A DNA stretch of 64,000 nucleotides, taken from contig MU060017.1 of assembly GCA_013265495.1 (NCBI GenBank), positions 496,001-560,000 of the forward strand, in the 5' to 3' direction. This document shows positions 50,823 to 64,000 of this stretch, in pieces. How positions within the stretch are numbered: position 1 is the first letter of the stretch; each line of letters starts with the position of its first letter. Origin of the DNA: Vicugna vicugna. Its lineage: Eukaryota. The translations under genes were made by a program, and so were the position numbers. The notes below the pieces were generated by a model that made no database searches, had not been told where the DNA came from, and was given only the letters and a program-made list of their open reading frames with translations.

Positions 50823-51185
50823 GTTTTATGGACTGAATGGTTTTTCTCTGCAAAATTTATATGTGGAAAGATTTATAGGATGGCATGAGGAGGTCATTCC
50901 TTTGAGAAGTAATTAGGTCATGAGGATGGGGCCTTCGTAAATGGGATTAGTGCCTTATAAGAAGAGACAAGAGAGAGCTTGCTTCCTCTCTCTCTCTCTA
51001 CCATGTGAAGATACAGCAGGAAGGTGTCCATCTGCAAACCAGGAATAGGATCCTCACCAGGAACCAAATCAGCTGGCACCTTGATCTTGGACTTCACAGC
51101 CTCTGAACTGTGAGAAATAAATCTCTGTTTTAGCTACCAATACCAATTCTATGGTATTCTGTTATAGCAACTCAAACTAAGATGG
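50823..51185 (+). mobile_element. MaLR solo LTR (MLT1A-like)
   Basis: ttttatggactgaatg...aattaggtcatgaggatggggccttcgtaaatgggattagtgccttataagaagag...ggcaccttgatcttggacttcacagcctctgaactgtgagaaataaat...gttatagcaactcaaactaagat. Confidence 0.92.
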
Positions 51186-51224
51186 TTAGTTTCCCTTGAA
51201 TAAATAATAAATACTTGTTATAAA

Positions 51225-51420
51225 AACTGTGTAAAATTGAGGAAATATTACTTTTTTTTAAATGTAGGTGTTTTAGTATCCAAAGATAATGCCTTCTATC
51301 TTTTTGTAGACATATTTTTCCAATCAAATTCAAACTTTTGATTCCTGATTTTTGTTTAACATATTAGTATTTCCCATGTTTTCAAAATCCTCCTCTAAGA
51401 TTTCAATGGCTGCATAATTT
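51225..51420 (-). mobile_element. L1ME-like 3' fragment
   Basis: atattagtatttcccatgttttcaaaatcctcctctaagatttcaatggctgcataatt. Confidence 0.4.
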
Positions 51421-52349
51421 TAACAGTTACCCAAAGAGTACGTATGCTCAGCTGTTCATCCGTGGCATCCTGCCTAAGTGTTCTCAGACTTCCAGTTAAC
51501 CAAGGTTGTCCTGATCTACAGCAGTCACTCAGTTACATTCAACACTTTGTACTAGTTGCAAAATATTTACTTTGCCCAGTTCCCTAAGATGCCTTAATTT
51601 TTTAAAAGAGTCTTAATATAAACTGATGTCTGAGTCAGTGAGTTGAGATTTAACACTGGAAGAGATCTAGTGCAGCCCGCCATTTTCCATCGTGTGGGCT
51701 CAGGTGACAACATGACTTTTCTAAGACCACACATGGTTGACCAAGATTGCAGGGGATCGGGCCTCCTACTGCACCATTTCATTTATGCCAGTGGTCTCAA
51801 CGCCGTTACACCCAACAGTCTTTTTTAATGGAAACATTCCATTATTTCCAATTTTTCTTTTCCTATCCTGAAGTGTAATTCACAAATGATATGTTACTTA
51901 CTTGTATTTTTAGACCCAGTTTTTAAAAAATTAATGTAATGAGGAAATAAAAGAAAAAAAAGTATAGTAAATTGATAGGACTTTCCTGGAAGACATAATG
52001 AAGTCAGATGCTCACAGCTGTATGTAGAATCAACATAAATGTGACAACTACAAATATGTGGAATCACCAGAGATGTCACGGTTACAAATGCAGATTGATT
52101 ACACTTCGGTTATATGGCAATTCATATACAACCAGTGACATTACCCTTGTTGAGGTGATTTTCTGAATTGGTGAATAGATCTCAGTAGGAAATTAGGGAG
52201 AAAAAAAAAGGTGTAATCATCCTTTATTATACTCAGTACTTGAATTTCTAGAAAATTCAGTGTAGCTTAAAATTGTTCCAAAAGTAATTTATGTTTGTGT
52301 TTGAAACAGAGTTAGATTCTGGGCTCAGGTATTATTATTTATAATTATA

Positions 52350-52575
52350 AGCTGGTTTTCACCTACGTAAGTGTCCTAGAATATTCAGAATCCACGTGAG
52401 AAATAATTCTTTATTGCATAGCACTCTCCTGCACACTGCGGAAGGTAGAGCATCCTTGGTATCTGCCCACTGAACATCATAAACTGCCTATCATTTTGAC
52501 AAGCAAAAACAGTGCCCCCACAAATTTCTAAAAACTCCCTTAGGGGGTGGTATCAGCTCTCTTTAAGAATCTCTG
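52350..52575 (-). mobile_element. hAT-Charlie MER20-like element
   Basis: aataattctttattg...tcctgcacactg...agcatccttggtatctgcccactg...ttgacaagcaaaaac...ccttagggggtgg...ttaagaatctctg, the reverse complement of MER20. Confidence 0.7.
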
Positions 52576-53986
52576 ATCTAAGGCTCTGTTGCCTCCCATT
52601 GCTACAAGAAGAACAGAGGAACATTGTAACTAGAGAATTTGGAAGAAAAGTTTTACTCTTTCTGGTGCAGTTTTCTTTGTGAGATAGTGTGATAAGATTT
52701 CTATTCTTTTAAAAGTATGATTGTGGTGGGGACGATGCAGCTAGGACATGGACACTGGGTTGGGATAGCAAAAAGAGGATCTGACAATTCTCTTATTTCT
52801 CAGCCAAAGTAATATCCCCTTTGCTTGTCCCCTGTGCCTCAGACATACTTTTCAGCACAAGTACTTTGTGTTTATACTCATGTTGCCCTCATTTTTCGAA
52901 ACTGTTTACTAGATCTTGTCCTGTCTTTGCAAAACCTCACTCCAGTAGGAGACAGATCCATAGTCAGGTTTTGCCTGACAATTCTGTCCTTAGGAATAAT
53001 TCTCTAGTTACATTCTTAAACCACATAGTTGAGTTTCAAAAGGAACATTCTGGGAATTAACATTTGGGCTGTTTGCATCATATTGACAAACACATTTCTC
53101 TCTTTGATGCCATGTATTTCTGAACAAGAAATGACAAAAATCAATAATTTATATTTAACTTGCAGAATGTCATAAAAATATTTGTTGTGCTGTGGAGCAA
53201 GGAAACACATTGCTTGTCTGTTCTGTCTGATAAGAACATTCTTCTTTGAATTGCAATTTTTCTGTGTATTTATCTTTATAATACAGAAGCCCATGGCAAT
53301 CAATGAGGAGAATGTCTGCATCTTTGGTTTTAAAGAAATTTGCATATCAAAAATCTGTGATGATGTAGTGATATATCGAATAGAAATATGCAGTCCAATA
53401 AGGATTGTATTTTTCTTAGTATTTCTGAGTGAAAAGAAACCTTAAAGCAGTGCTTTGTCCTGAGTTCTAAATGTTTTCCAAAGAAATCCTCCACGTTTCT
53501 CTTTCAGTTCAACTTTATATGCAGAAGTAGGGAAATGTCATGGGGTAATATTTTCCTGTGTAATAACGCTAAATTAGCCTCTTTTTTCTGAAATGCCGAA
53601 AGCACTTTTCTGCATCCTCATTTTATCATTGCATATAGCAAATTTGTGGAACAGGATAAGACAAGAAGGATTCCTATATTACAAGTAAGCAAACCGAAGT
53701 ACAGAGGCATTGATAGATCAGAAGAAAGGCATGCACCGAACTGCTTCCCAGAAAAGGGAACTTTGCAGGGAAGGGGTCCTTGGATAGCTGGCAAGGGACA
53801 GCCAGGGAGTCCCTGCTCACCACTTGAGTCCCATACAAGGAGGCCCAGCCTTGGCTTGGAGGGCCCCAGGGACTCAGCTTAATTTAAAGGTACTCAAATA
53901 CCTCGCAGCATGACATGCAGGCATGTCATTAAAGTCATTTAGAGAGAAAAAAAAAAAACATTAAAAAAAAAACATATTGAAAAGCA

Positions 53987-54110
53987 GGGGAGGGTATAGC
54001 TCAAGCTTATCATGCATGAGGTTCTGGGTTCAATCCCCAGTACCTTCTCCAAATATAAATAAACAAACCCAATTACCTCCCCCTCATAAAAAAAAGAGAG
54101 AGAAAAAAAC
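53987..54110 (+). mobile_element. Camelid tRNA-derived SINE (Vic-1-like), internal deletion in head
   Basis: ggggagggtatagctcaa[deletion]gcttatcatgcatgaggttctgggttcaatccccagtacct...aataaacaaacccaattacctccccc, then A tail. Confidence 0.9.
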
Positions 54111-55134
54111 ATTTAAAAGTAATTTAGGGAAATTTTACTTTTTCTGGGCCAACAATTTCAAGGATAATATACTTTAATTCAGGCAAATACTAAAATTACT
54201 CTCTTCACCCTACTCCCCTCTCCTTCTTTCTTCTCGAAATAGAAATGGAGCTGTATCAGACCTTAGAGATGTGCTTGTGTGTATCTGTGCAGGGGTCGGG
54301 CAAGGGAACTATTACGGGGCTAAATCTTAGAGGAAAGGACATGTATCATGCTTGCCCCAGCTAACTTCTAACTGAATAGCTTCAGAGAGAGTGTTTTCTC
54401 TTCACTTCAGGGTTCACTGTGCACATCCAGGCAGTCGCTGATGGTAGAAAAGGGAGTGGTTTGCCTACTGAATGTTATCTGAATAACTGCCCAGTGACTA
54501 ACGCACGTTTTTTAACTGTGATAAATTGATTTCTGTAACAAAATCATTGTGATTATGCAAAATCAGTCCTTTAAATGGCACGTTAAAAGAAGAATGCAAT
54601 CCATCCATTTTTTCCATTTCCAGTGAGGAAAAAGGCAAGCAAAAAATAAGCCAGCTTGATGTTATTTAACCTTTCAGTTTAACTTAGTACCTTTGACCAA
54701 ACACAGAGTCACTCGATATTTTACACATTTGCTTCAGATAACTTCCTCCCTTCCAACAGTGTGGATAAAACCCCATCACAAGACAGAAGATTGAGGAGTG
54801 TCAGTGATCACCACAGACAGGAGATCTGACAAGCTACAGTCATGGTCTAACACACCAGAACAATCAGGAGGGGCTGTGAACATCAAGTCATGCAATTGGA
54901 TTAGGAAACAAAAGTGATGGCCGACCAGACGCAGCACGTGGTGTCTGCCAGATGAGAAGAGAACAAAGCAAGGCTCTTGGGAAACCACTGGGAAAGCAAC
55001 AAAGTAGGGGAAAGATATGAGATCATTGGATTATAGAAGAGAGACACCTATTAAGGAACTTCACAGGAATTTAAACACAAGACACCACTAATCTACTCTG
55101 CTAAGTGTTGGCTGGCTTACCTGTGAGCGCTGTG

Positions 55135-55260
55135 TTTAGGGTGGAAACTCTAGCAGGCTGGGATCTACCCCTTCCCTGCTGTGTAACCTTGGGCAAGTGT
55201 CTTTGTTCCTTCCCAGCTCAGTATCCTCTTTTACAAAAGGACTGAATTAGGCTGAAGTGT
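55135..55260 (+). mobile_element. MIR fragment
   Basis: ctgctgtgtaaccttgggcaagtgtc...gctcagtatcctcttttacaaaagg. Confidence 0.65.
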
Positions 55261-56410
55261 TTCAGAGGCCCCTTTTATTTCTAAACATTCTAAAATTCTG
55301 CAGCACCTCAAAATAATTTAGAGTAATGCAAATGCCACTTTGTAATAGCCAGCATTGCAAACAACAAAAATAACAAGGGCTGCCTACAGGCTCTGGCCAG
55401 TATTACCATGAGCCCAAATCGGGCACATTCATCACAAAGCAAAGAAAAAGCGTCTGATCTGTTCTACAGAAATCAAATCATCCTGAGGAAGAGAAATGTG
55501 TCAAAAAGTACCAGATTATGTGCTGAAATAGGAAATATTGTTCTAGTTGCAGGTGACCTTTCATAACAAGATCATTCACTTGCTGGTTATGCTGTCAAGT
55601 AAGTTACTACTGCCCTTTAAAGGTCATTGCCATGGGTGTGCCCCTGGGCGCTTCCTAATATACGCCTCTGATTTACTTCTTCCTCGTAAAATACACCCTA
55701 TAATGAAGCACACCCCCCCCAACACACTGAGTCTGGCGGGAAACGTATTTCCCCTTTGTATTATGAACATCGTGCATTTAAAGATTTTGATGGAAGAGGG
55801 GGAGGGAAGGGAGGACAGTTCATTGCAAAACGTTTGTAACCTATACTGGTTAGGGCAGCCGAAAGCAGACTCTACTGGTGCTGGAGGGAGATTTTTCCTT
55901 CTCTTCTGTAAAACTGCATGCAGAATTAGTTTTACAGCGACTAGGTATGTAAGACAAGGTAAGCCTTGTCTTTGAGCTTTTCTGGTTCTAGGTGCTAGTC
56001 CTAGGGGAGCCAAGTCATACTGGGTTCTGATTCTCTAAGGAAGCAGACCAGGGCCCCATGACTAGAAACACTCATTAAGGTAAGGGGTACCTGGGGCAGG
56101 CCCAATGGTAGGCTAGGGGAAAAAAAACAGGAGGCAGCCCTAGTAGGGTGCCCAGTAGACCTGCCTAAAGCGAAATCACTGGATTAGAGCTTTTAAGAGC
56201 TCCATAGCAATAGGAGTCCTGGGGCCGTAGGTGGGTTTAGAGAGAGAGGGGAGCTGGGGCAGTTAGCACGTTATGTAGACACAAGAATATTTCTTTAGTA
56301 AATATTTTTGAAAGATTGAGGAGAAAGCTTTCCTCCAGAGTTGTGAACAATTGATGGCTGGTTTTCTAATGAGCTCACAGTCAACATGAACAGAGCTATA
56401 AAGTGGTATC

Positions 56411-56852
56411 TGAGTATATTCATTACCTAGGGTAAATTATCACAAGCTTGGTGCTCAAAATAACAGAAGTATTTTCTCTCATAGTGCAGGAGGCTTGATG
56501 TCCAGCTCAAGGTGTCAGTGTGGCTGGTTGCTTCAGGAGGCTCCGGGGAAGTATGTGCTCCCTGCCTTTCTCCTAGATCCGTGGCTTGCAGATGCCTCAC
56601 TCCAGGCTTCACCTCTGTCTCCACACGGTTTTCCTCCTGTGTCTGTGTGTCTCAAATACCCCTATTCTTACTCTTATTCTTACAAGGACACCAGTTATAG
56701 GAATTAGGACCCACCTTACATCCAGGATGATCTTATCTCAAGATCCTAACTCTGTCTACAGAATCCATATTTCCAAATGAGGTCACATGCACAGGTACCA
56801 AGGGTTAAGACTTGGACATCCCTTTTGGGGAACTGCTATTCAAGCTACTACA
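56411..56852 (-). mobile_element. MaLR solo LTR (MLT1C-like)
   Basis: aacagaagtattttctctcatagtgcaggagg...tcaaggtgtcag...ggacccaccttacatccaggatgatcttatctcaagatcc...tttccaaatgaggtcacatgcacaggtacc...ctattcaagctactaca. Confidence 0.88.
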
Positions 56853-59574
56853 CTGAGGTTAGTATTTCACAAGACACTATCCAATTATGTCTAATAAGAG
56901 TGTGAGCAGAAGACAGGCTCTTCTCATCCTTATTCTCCATCCGTGTGTGGGAATAATCTGAGATCCATTTGTCTGCAAATGGTCAGGTTGAGGATGCAAA
57001 TCCAGACCCACCCAGATGCTGAGCAGCTGAGTCTAAACTGATTCATCCTTTCGCTGAGTAAACATAACATATATGCCAAATTACCCCTCTAGTAAGTGTG
57101 GTGCTGCATGACTACCCAAGTTACTGGCCAACTCTCATGGATTATTGCTTTAAAAGCAACTAAAAGGAAACTTTACCATTAACACTGTGGCCAGTACCAG
57201 TCATGTGAATCAGAAGTAGAGAAGGAAAAATTAAGCTAACATATTTCATAGTTAAGATTACATCTTATGGAATGTAATTCACACTTAATATCACCTGAAT
57301 GGATCTCTTGGTACTATGTCTCTTGAAGCAGAATTTTTAAATATTTTCATTTTCATGAATAAGTTTTTTAAAGAAAGAATTAATGAATGTAAAGCCATTC
57401 TCCTTTTGTGAAATTGTGCTTTAAAGGGGAAGGGATATTGGATTAGGAATCACAAGATAAGGTTCTAGAATGGGCTACCGTGCCCACTGGTTGACTTCAG
57501 CAAATAGTTCCTAGGTCTTGTGTGATTGCCCTTTGTAAGCCAGGGGGAAGCAGACTACATAGATGTCTACCTAGTTCTATGACAGAGTCGTACCCTAGAT
57601 AACTCTGTCCCCGAGTCTGACCACAGTAGCAATTCCAGGGGCCAAACTCAGGTCTTCCCACAGCATTGAGAAATTTTCAAGGGGTGAAGAGAGAGATGAT
57701 AAGAAGTTTACAAAATTTAAATTTGAAAAGCCTTTGGTGGCCTCTCCCAGCTTTCTTCCCTATACTGCTGCACAAATTTAATTGGCATTATATTTGCCTT
57801 GCTAATCAACAGTCCTTGTCAAATCAGGAAGCAGGGGGGTCAGTCCTACCAATCCTGGGAGAGAGGACAGACAGAATTAAATCACAGTTACCAGTAGTTC
57901 TCTATACAGTAGAAGAAGAGAAACCTTTCCTGGAGGTATTCAAGGCAAAGTTTGAAAGGCCCTTGGGCCATCACCTTACTCTGCTTAGCCCACTTGTCTC
58001 CTTCATCTGACCATAACCATCATTGCAGAGGTTAAATTAGGCGAATGAAATGACTTTCAAGCAGAATTATAAGCAAAAACAGGAATGCTCCAACCTGCAG
58101 GGTAGAAAAGCAGTTGGCTGCTCTCTGATTTATCCCTCTGTCTTCCATTCAGCACAATCAGGTTTCATGCCAAAATCAGTTTGGAAGGAATTTTTTCATT
58201 TAGGTTAATATATTCCTGGGGCTTTAGTCTTTGAGTCTTCGGAGTAGATGACATGGGTGTTGACAGAAACCGTGCAGGTTTGTGTATGGGGAGTGTGGGG
58301 AGAAAGGGAGACAGATATGAAATTAACAAAAATTAAATCCTACTTGCCAGAGACATGAATAAAGACCAGAAGATAAATTACTAGCCATGACCCTGGGAAC
58401 TCAACGGCTAACCCTCAACAATCAACAGAGACAATATCACCAATCGACCTTTCTCTGCCATGTACCCCTACAGACAAAGTAAAAATACCCAAGAGTTATT
58501 GCAGGCAATAATATTTAAAGCCTTCAGATAAACCTCCAGGTGTCTTTTATTTTGAAATTCAATCAGTCACATTCCAGGAAAAGAATCTTATTGACCGAAG
58601 GGTAGTATTAAAATAAGGCTATCTGCAGGTTTCCTGGTCCAGGCTCACAGGGGTAAACAGACCACTAAGTCATCAGACAAGGACTTTTATGCACAGTCCT
58701 AGATAGAGTTGTCTTGGGCTGAGGATGTTCTAAGAGTCCATCAAGAAAAGGTTTAGAGAGACGCTGTTTCCTTAGATTTGGGAGCAGGAAAAGTTGATCA
58801 TTATTTTGCAATAAAGAGGCAGGACTCAGTAGGAGAAAAGAACTGCACCCCAGTGAAGTGGTTCCAACCAAAGTCTGCATGGCCTTAGAAAGTCCCTGAG
58901 GCAGGCATCAGTGATGCTATTAATAACCAGAGAGCTAAACTATCCTGATTTCAGGATTATATAAATCAGATGTCTATAGAAGAGCATGAATTCACATCAC
59001 AGATTTTGGAAGTTTTTATGGTGTCATGAATCTTTTTTTTTTTTAAGCTGGAAATTGCCTAGGACTTCTCTCAGGTACTTAAGTAGATCTTGGTTTTTAA
59101 ACCAAGATTTAGAATGTGTATATGTGTATGCATAACATACACAGCTAACTAAACATACATAGCTCTCCTAGGGACTAAGACTTCAAGTTCCCTGAGACAC
59201 TTTAACAGGTGGGAATTTTTTTTTAGTGGGAAAATTCATAGCTGGTTAATTTGAGTCATTTATGAGTAATAGTAGAGCTTCAAGCAAAGTAAAATTTCTT
59301 TGTAATTCAAGAGGTGATTGAGTCTTCAATGAGCCTTTGCCTTGTGTTCAACTTGTAGGAAATACTAGCTTAAAGAAGATGAGTCTATTATATGGAGAAT
59401 GTGGAGAGGAGTGAATCAGTTATAGCCATCACTAATCTATGCTAAGCAAATCTTCAGTCCCCTAGCTGGTTGTTTTGAAGATCACAGAAGAGAAGCCTTT
59501 TTTATTAATACTTTCATTACTAAATCAAAGAACTTATTTTACTAATAACAATGTTAAGCAAAAACAATATTCAT

Positions 59575-59700
59575 TTATTCAATTGCTATTTATTGAGCAC
59601 TTCCTTTGCACTGCCTACTCTATCAAATAATAGACACCCAGTGGAAATTTAGATACAGACTCCACACTCATGGAACTTGTAGAGTAGTAGAAGAAATTGA
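59575..59700 (-). mobile_element. L2 3' fragment
   Basis: tatttattgagcacttcctttgcactgcc...ccacactcatggaacttgtagagtagtag. Confidence 0.55.
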
Positions 59701-59944
59701 TAAACAGATAATTGTATGCAGTGTGATAACCAATAACCTGTCTTCCCTTGTCTGAGAACAGCCCCCTCACCACAAGAGTGGACGTCATCAGCCATGTTAA
59801 AATACAGGACTCTGTGTCCTTTAGCCATAGTGATTATCCCAAGGACGGACACTCAATTTCAGCTGGTCAGTCAGAATCTCTTTCTTGTCTTTCAGGGTTG
59901 GGGTTGAGAACTGCTAGTGTATCAGAGCGGATTGCTTGACCTGG

Positions 59945-60270
59945 GTAAATAGAAGCTGGGGTCATTGTCTTCAGTCCACGTTCCTGAAGGCAATGAGATG
60001 GGAGTTGAGCACAGAAGGCTTCCTTGGGGAGCACTCTTAGAAGGAAGGCGAGATTGGATAGAGGCAGAAGCTGACCTGCAGAGCACTGCCTCACCCCAGC
60101 CAATGGAGGGTTTCTGGAGCTGGAAGCCTCTTTTGAGCAGTCTTAATCGAGCCAAGGGTCCCAGGCCTTTGTGTTCCTATAGCATAGGCTGGTCATTGGC
60201 TGTGGGTACTGGAAGAATGGTAAGGCACTTCCCTGATGCCAAGGGCAATTTCTTGTAAGGGATACAACAG
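59945..60270 (-). mobile_element. Ancient ERVL LTR (LTR16-like)
   Basis: tgagatgggagttgagcacagaagg...gggagcactctt...gattggatagaggcagaagctgacc...tctggagctgg...ccaggcctttgtg...gtcattggctgtggg...gagggcaatt-like end. Confidence 0.6.
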
Positions 60271-60484
60271 CCAGTAACTGATATTTAGAGTTTTCCTGTA
60301 AATCATTTCATTTCAGATATTTTAAAATTTAACCTGTATTTACATATATTTACAGTGAGTGGCCAGAAGGAATTCAGCAGTTGATTAGGTGGAATCCTGT
60401 TGGTAGCTACATTGTGAAAAACAGTAACTATTGGTATGAGTAATAACTTAAAAGAACTCGAAGTATGCCATAATATTAAATCGC

Positions 60485-60990
60485 TGATTGAGTATTTATT
60501 CCCACTATGTGAGATGTTGAGGATTTAAAGAATAAAACAGGCAAGGTGTCTTGGCCCTTAAGAAATTTAAAGTTTAGTGTGGGAGACTTAGTTCAGTGAA
60601 AACTGCAATAAATACATCTTGACAAAGGCATGCGCAAGGGCTGTGGGAGAGCTCAGTCTGGATTTTGTAAAGGAGATGATGTCTGAATTGAGTCTCAAAG
60701 GATGACAAAGAGTTATTCAGTTGTGAGAGTTAAAGTATGGAGTTAAGAAAGAGAAATGTCTGTTCCTAACACTGCAAGTATTTCAGTAAGGCCAGAGTAT
60801 GGTGTGGGATGGCAAGAGAGAAGCCCATGTGGAGTTGAAGACTGGGCTCTGAAGGGTCTTCAGTGACATGTAAATGAACTTGCCCTTTCCTAAAAGTCAC
60901 AGAATCATTGACGTGTTTAAATATATTAAGTTACAGAGGTGTTTAGATATAGAGACATAACTTTAGAAAGTTTTATCTTGCAGCAGAATG
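60485..60990 (-). mobile_element. L2 LINE fragment
   Basis: gagtatttattcccactatgtg...acaggcaaggtgtcttggcccttaag...ggagatgatgtctgaattgagtctcaaaggatga...tagaaagttttatcttgcagcagaatgga. Confidence 0.7.
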
Positions 60991-61023
60991 GATCAAGTTC
61001 CCAACGTGGTTTGCTTAAGCAAT

Positions 61024-61443
61024 TGTATTAGTTATCTACTGCTGTGTAACAAACTGTCACAAACTTAAAGGCTTAACACAACCTACTTTTCCTATCTTAA
61101 GTAGCTGCAATTAAGTTTTCTGGCAGGGCTGAGTTCTCATCAGAGACTTGACTGAGGAAAAATTTACTTTCAAGCTGTCCCAGATCATTGGCAAAATTCA
61201 TTTCTTTACAACTGTGGGATTCATGACAGCTTACTTCTTCGAGGCTAACAACAAAGAGAGAGAGAAAGAAAGACTGCTAGCATGACAGAGTCTTGTACAC
61301 CATAATATAATCAAGGGAGTGAGATCACCTTTGCCGTATTCTGCTGATTAGAAGCAAATCCTAGTCCCCACCTACACTCAAGAGAAGACCACTAAACAAG
61401 GGCATGAACACCAGTGGTGGAAGCCACCTTAGTGTCTGCCACC
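61024..61443 (-). mobile_element. MaLR solo LTR (MLT1D/E/F group)
   Basis: tgtattagttatctactgctgtgtaacaaac...caagctgtcccagatcattggcaaaattcatttc...ttagaagcaaatcctagtcccacctacactcaag...gggcatgaacaccag...gtctgccacc. Confidence 0.85.
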
Positions 61444-62824
61444 TGAAGCTGTATGTTGCTATTTAGTCCAGTTGTGAAAGAAAAGGTGGCTGCCAACCGT
61501 CTTCTCTGCCTCCATCCACTGCTCTATTATGATCTTGGTAAAATCCTAGAATCCTGAAAAGTCTACCAGGAAATATTTATGCAGTATCAGTAAATATCAT
61601 GTCTTCTGCTTTACCAAAGATAACGTGTTCACTGCATCATCTTGTGGTCAAAGGTGACATTATGATTAGAAAGTGTATGATTAATTAAATGATGCCAGAA
61701 CACGTTTAGAGGACTTCTGAAAACAAATGCCCAGTCACCTTTGGCAATGTCTTTCTTGAATGTTTAGTGATTGAGAAATCTTAAAGTCTTTTTTCTCCAA
61801 CTTACTATTATGTATGTTATTTTCCTCTTCAGTATACTTTATCTGTATAGTTTATATTGAATACAATTATTAGAAGCAATGCCTATCTGTGTTTAGTGTG
61901 TTTTGTGTGATGTGTAACACACCATCAGGGAGTTTAGGTCGCTATTACACGCCATCTGGTGATTCAGTGATATGTATATGAATAAACAGTGACTCTGCTG
62001 TTTAACTACTTAGTATGTGCATTTAATTAAGTGCACAAATTCCTACAGGCCTGTGGTTAAAGGGGCTTTGGCAGATTTCCCCTCTGGAGGGCTTGGCACT
62101 ATGTAACTGGAACTCCCACTGGCATTGGAATTCCAAACATGCTTGCATTTGCAACAATAAGTAGTGGTTTAATCTCATCGAGGCCTTTATCAGCTTGCAT
62201 TTCAGTTTATGGCCCAAGCAGTTTAATAACTCACACCGAAATTGAGTCTAGTTCTTTTAGATGTGCCGTGTCTGTTTGCTTCATACAAAATTATCATTTA
62301 TGAAACAAAAAAAGGGATGAAAGGGATGAACACCAAAATGACAAAGCCACTCAATGAGCATGATATTTAAAAATAAAAACTTACAAAAATAAAATATTTT
62401 TTCTAAAATGCAATAACCAAAACATGGTACTCTGGAATTTACTTAAGTGTTTCAGACTAAAATAGATTGTGTGTATGTGTGTGTATGTGAATGTGTGTGT
62501 AGTTTTTTTAAATGGGCACCTTTACCAGCTATTCAGTAGTATCAGCTATTGAATCCCATTTGAAGCAGTGCAGTGGGAAGGGAGTGAGAACCAGCAAGAA
62601 ATCACCTCCAGCTCTGGTGATTTAGGGAGAATGACTATTTCCCAGGCCTCAGTTTAGCTCTAACAGTCAGGTTCCCCAGAAAGATGCAAAATAAAAGCAA
62701 ACATAAATGAGATGTGATAGAACGTTCTGTTTGACTTGATCTGTAGCCATCAGGTCATCTGTGTGACTAAATGCTTTGCTTAACTTCTTGATGCAGTAAA
62801 ACAGATATGGGGCACAAGGAGGGC

Positions 62825-63425
62825 TGTGTCCCAGGCTTCAGTTGAGTCTCTGGAACATGCCCCGCCAAGTGTGGGTCCTTGGCTTCACATAGGAAAGAAT
62901 TCAAGAGCGAGCCACAGTTTAGTGAAGGTAGATTTATTCAAACAGATACATTGAAAGGCAAGAGAAAGGCCATGAGGTGTGGGGGTTGGGTGCTCAGATT
63001 AAAAGTAGGTACACACTCCATAGACAGAATGTGGGCTGTGTCCGAAGAGGGAGAGAGAGGCAGCTGCAAGGTGCCATGTTGCTAGTTTTTATGGGCTTGG
63101 TGGCTTCATATGCTAATAAGTGGAAGGACCAGTCTGAGTAGCCTGGGGAAGGGGCTGGGATCCCCAGGAAGTTGGCCATTTCCCACTTTTGGACCTTTTG
63201 TGGCTAGCCTTGGGACTGCCATGGTGCCTGTGGGCGTGTTATTCACCATGCTAATATATTACAATGAGCATATAATGAAGCTCGAGGTCTGTTAGAAGTT
63301 ATATCTCTCATCATCTTGAGCCTCAAGGCTTACTGGGGGTTGAATCTTTCACCATTTTGATGTTAATTGCTGTAGCATTCTTTGAATGGCTGTTCCCTGC
63401 CCCCTTCCATCCTGTCTCATTCTCA
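62825..63425 (-). mobile_element. ERV1 (MER4-group-like) solo LTR
   Basis: Minus strand begins TGAGA(ATGAGA)CAGG and ends ...ACA; TATA-like CATAAAA (plus 63084-63093); AATAAA (plus tttatt 62933-62938) followed by the typical ...ctcgctcttgaattctttcct...gccaaggaccc U5 sequence. Confidence 0.8.
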
Positions 63426-64000
63426 GTAGCGTGTTTGTGATCAACAAAGAGAGAGAAGGCAGGCTGGGAATGCAGGGGAAGTCCCTCAGGGTGTGAGCAT
63501 CTGAGAAGGTCAGTGTGGGGGCCCTGGGGACACCACATCTTCCAAAGGGGCAAGTATTGATCTGTCAGTTGTCGGCTAAGAACTCCCTGTGGAAAGGCTA
63601 CAGGAACAGCTGTGGGCTGGTAACCATGGTGTGTTAAGTAACTTGCTGAATGAGTCCCCAATTAAACCAAAGAAGGAAGAGACACTGAGTTTATCTTTCT
63701 TTCTTTCTGAGGATAATCAGTTGGAGAGAAAAATCCTCTTGTCCGGTGAAAGCGAGAGAGACACTGTCATTGTAAACTGCAAAACTTAAAAATGTATATA
63801 GGATGCTTGTTTTATTCCTGGTGCTTCTCTTGCTTCATCTTGCTGGAGGATATGAATCCCAGAACAGACACCTAAAAGGTTTTGTGGGCAGTTCAGGAGC
63901 TGAGAAACTCTGTATCTGCCAGAATATCATTGTATCTGATGGAAAGTGTTCAGGTCATAGTTGAACGCCAAATATTATTCCTCAGAACATCGGTTGGGTT

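Noticed and set aside
248-63789. Remaining 60-145 aa ORFs, e.g. 6151-6588, 10297-10638, 18557-18925, 29780-30187, 32899-33330, 55547-55975
   Set aside because: No recognisable domain, many start at non-ATG codons, many overlap repeats or low-complexity DNA, and there is no consistent splice-site-bounded frame. Their lengths are in the range expected by chance in six frames of 64 kb.

Overview
Mammalian, non-coding genomic DNA, most likely from a camelid (alpaca, llama or camel) draft assembly. The evidence is four tRNA-Ala-derived SINEs of the Vic-1 type and artiodactyl-style L1 3' ends; I recognised no Alu, Bov-tA/BovB or PRE1 elements. The window is AT-rich, has six N-gaps (156-321 nt) and is densely filled with decayed transposons: L1, L2, MIR, MaLR/ERVL/ERV1 LTRs, and hAT and Tigger DNA elements. 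I found no protein-coding exon, RNA gene, CRISPR array or prokaryote-type system that I can support. The supplied ORFs are chance ORFs, gap artefacts or L1 ORF2 debris. It reads as a large intron or gene-flanking region. The best non-repeat signal is a CpG-enriched, motif-bearing block at about 10.25-10.85 kb that looks like a CpG-poor promoter or 5' non-coding exon of a host gene I cannot name. The other observations are minor: two near-perfect tandem duplications, nested and chimeric L1s, an inverted L1 pair, a G-quadruplex pair and a few transcription-factor motif clusters. I do not see a new biological system here. Repeat subfamily names come from remembered consensus sequences, not a database search, and the boundaries of old elements are approximate (tens of bp).
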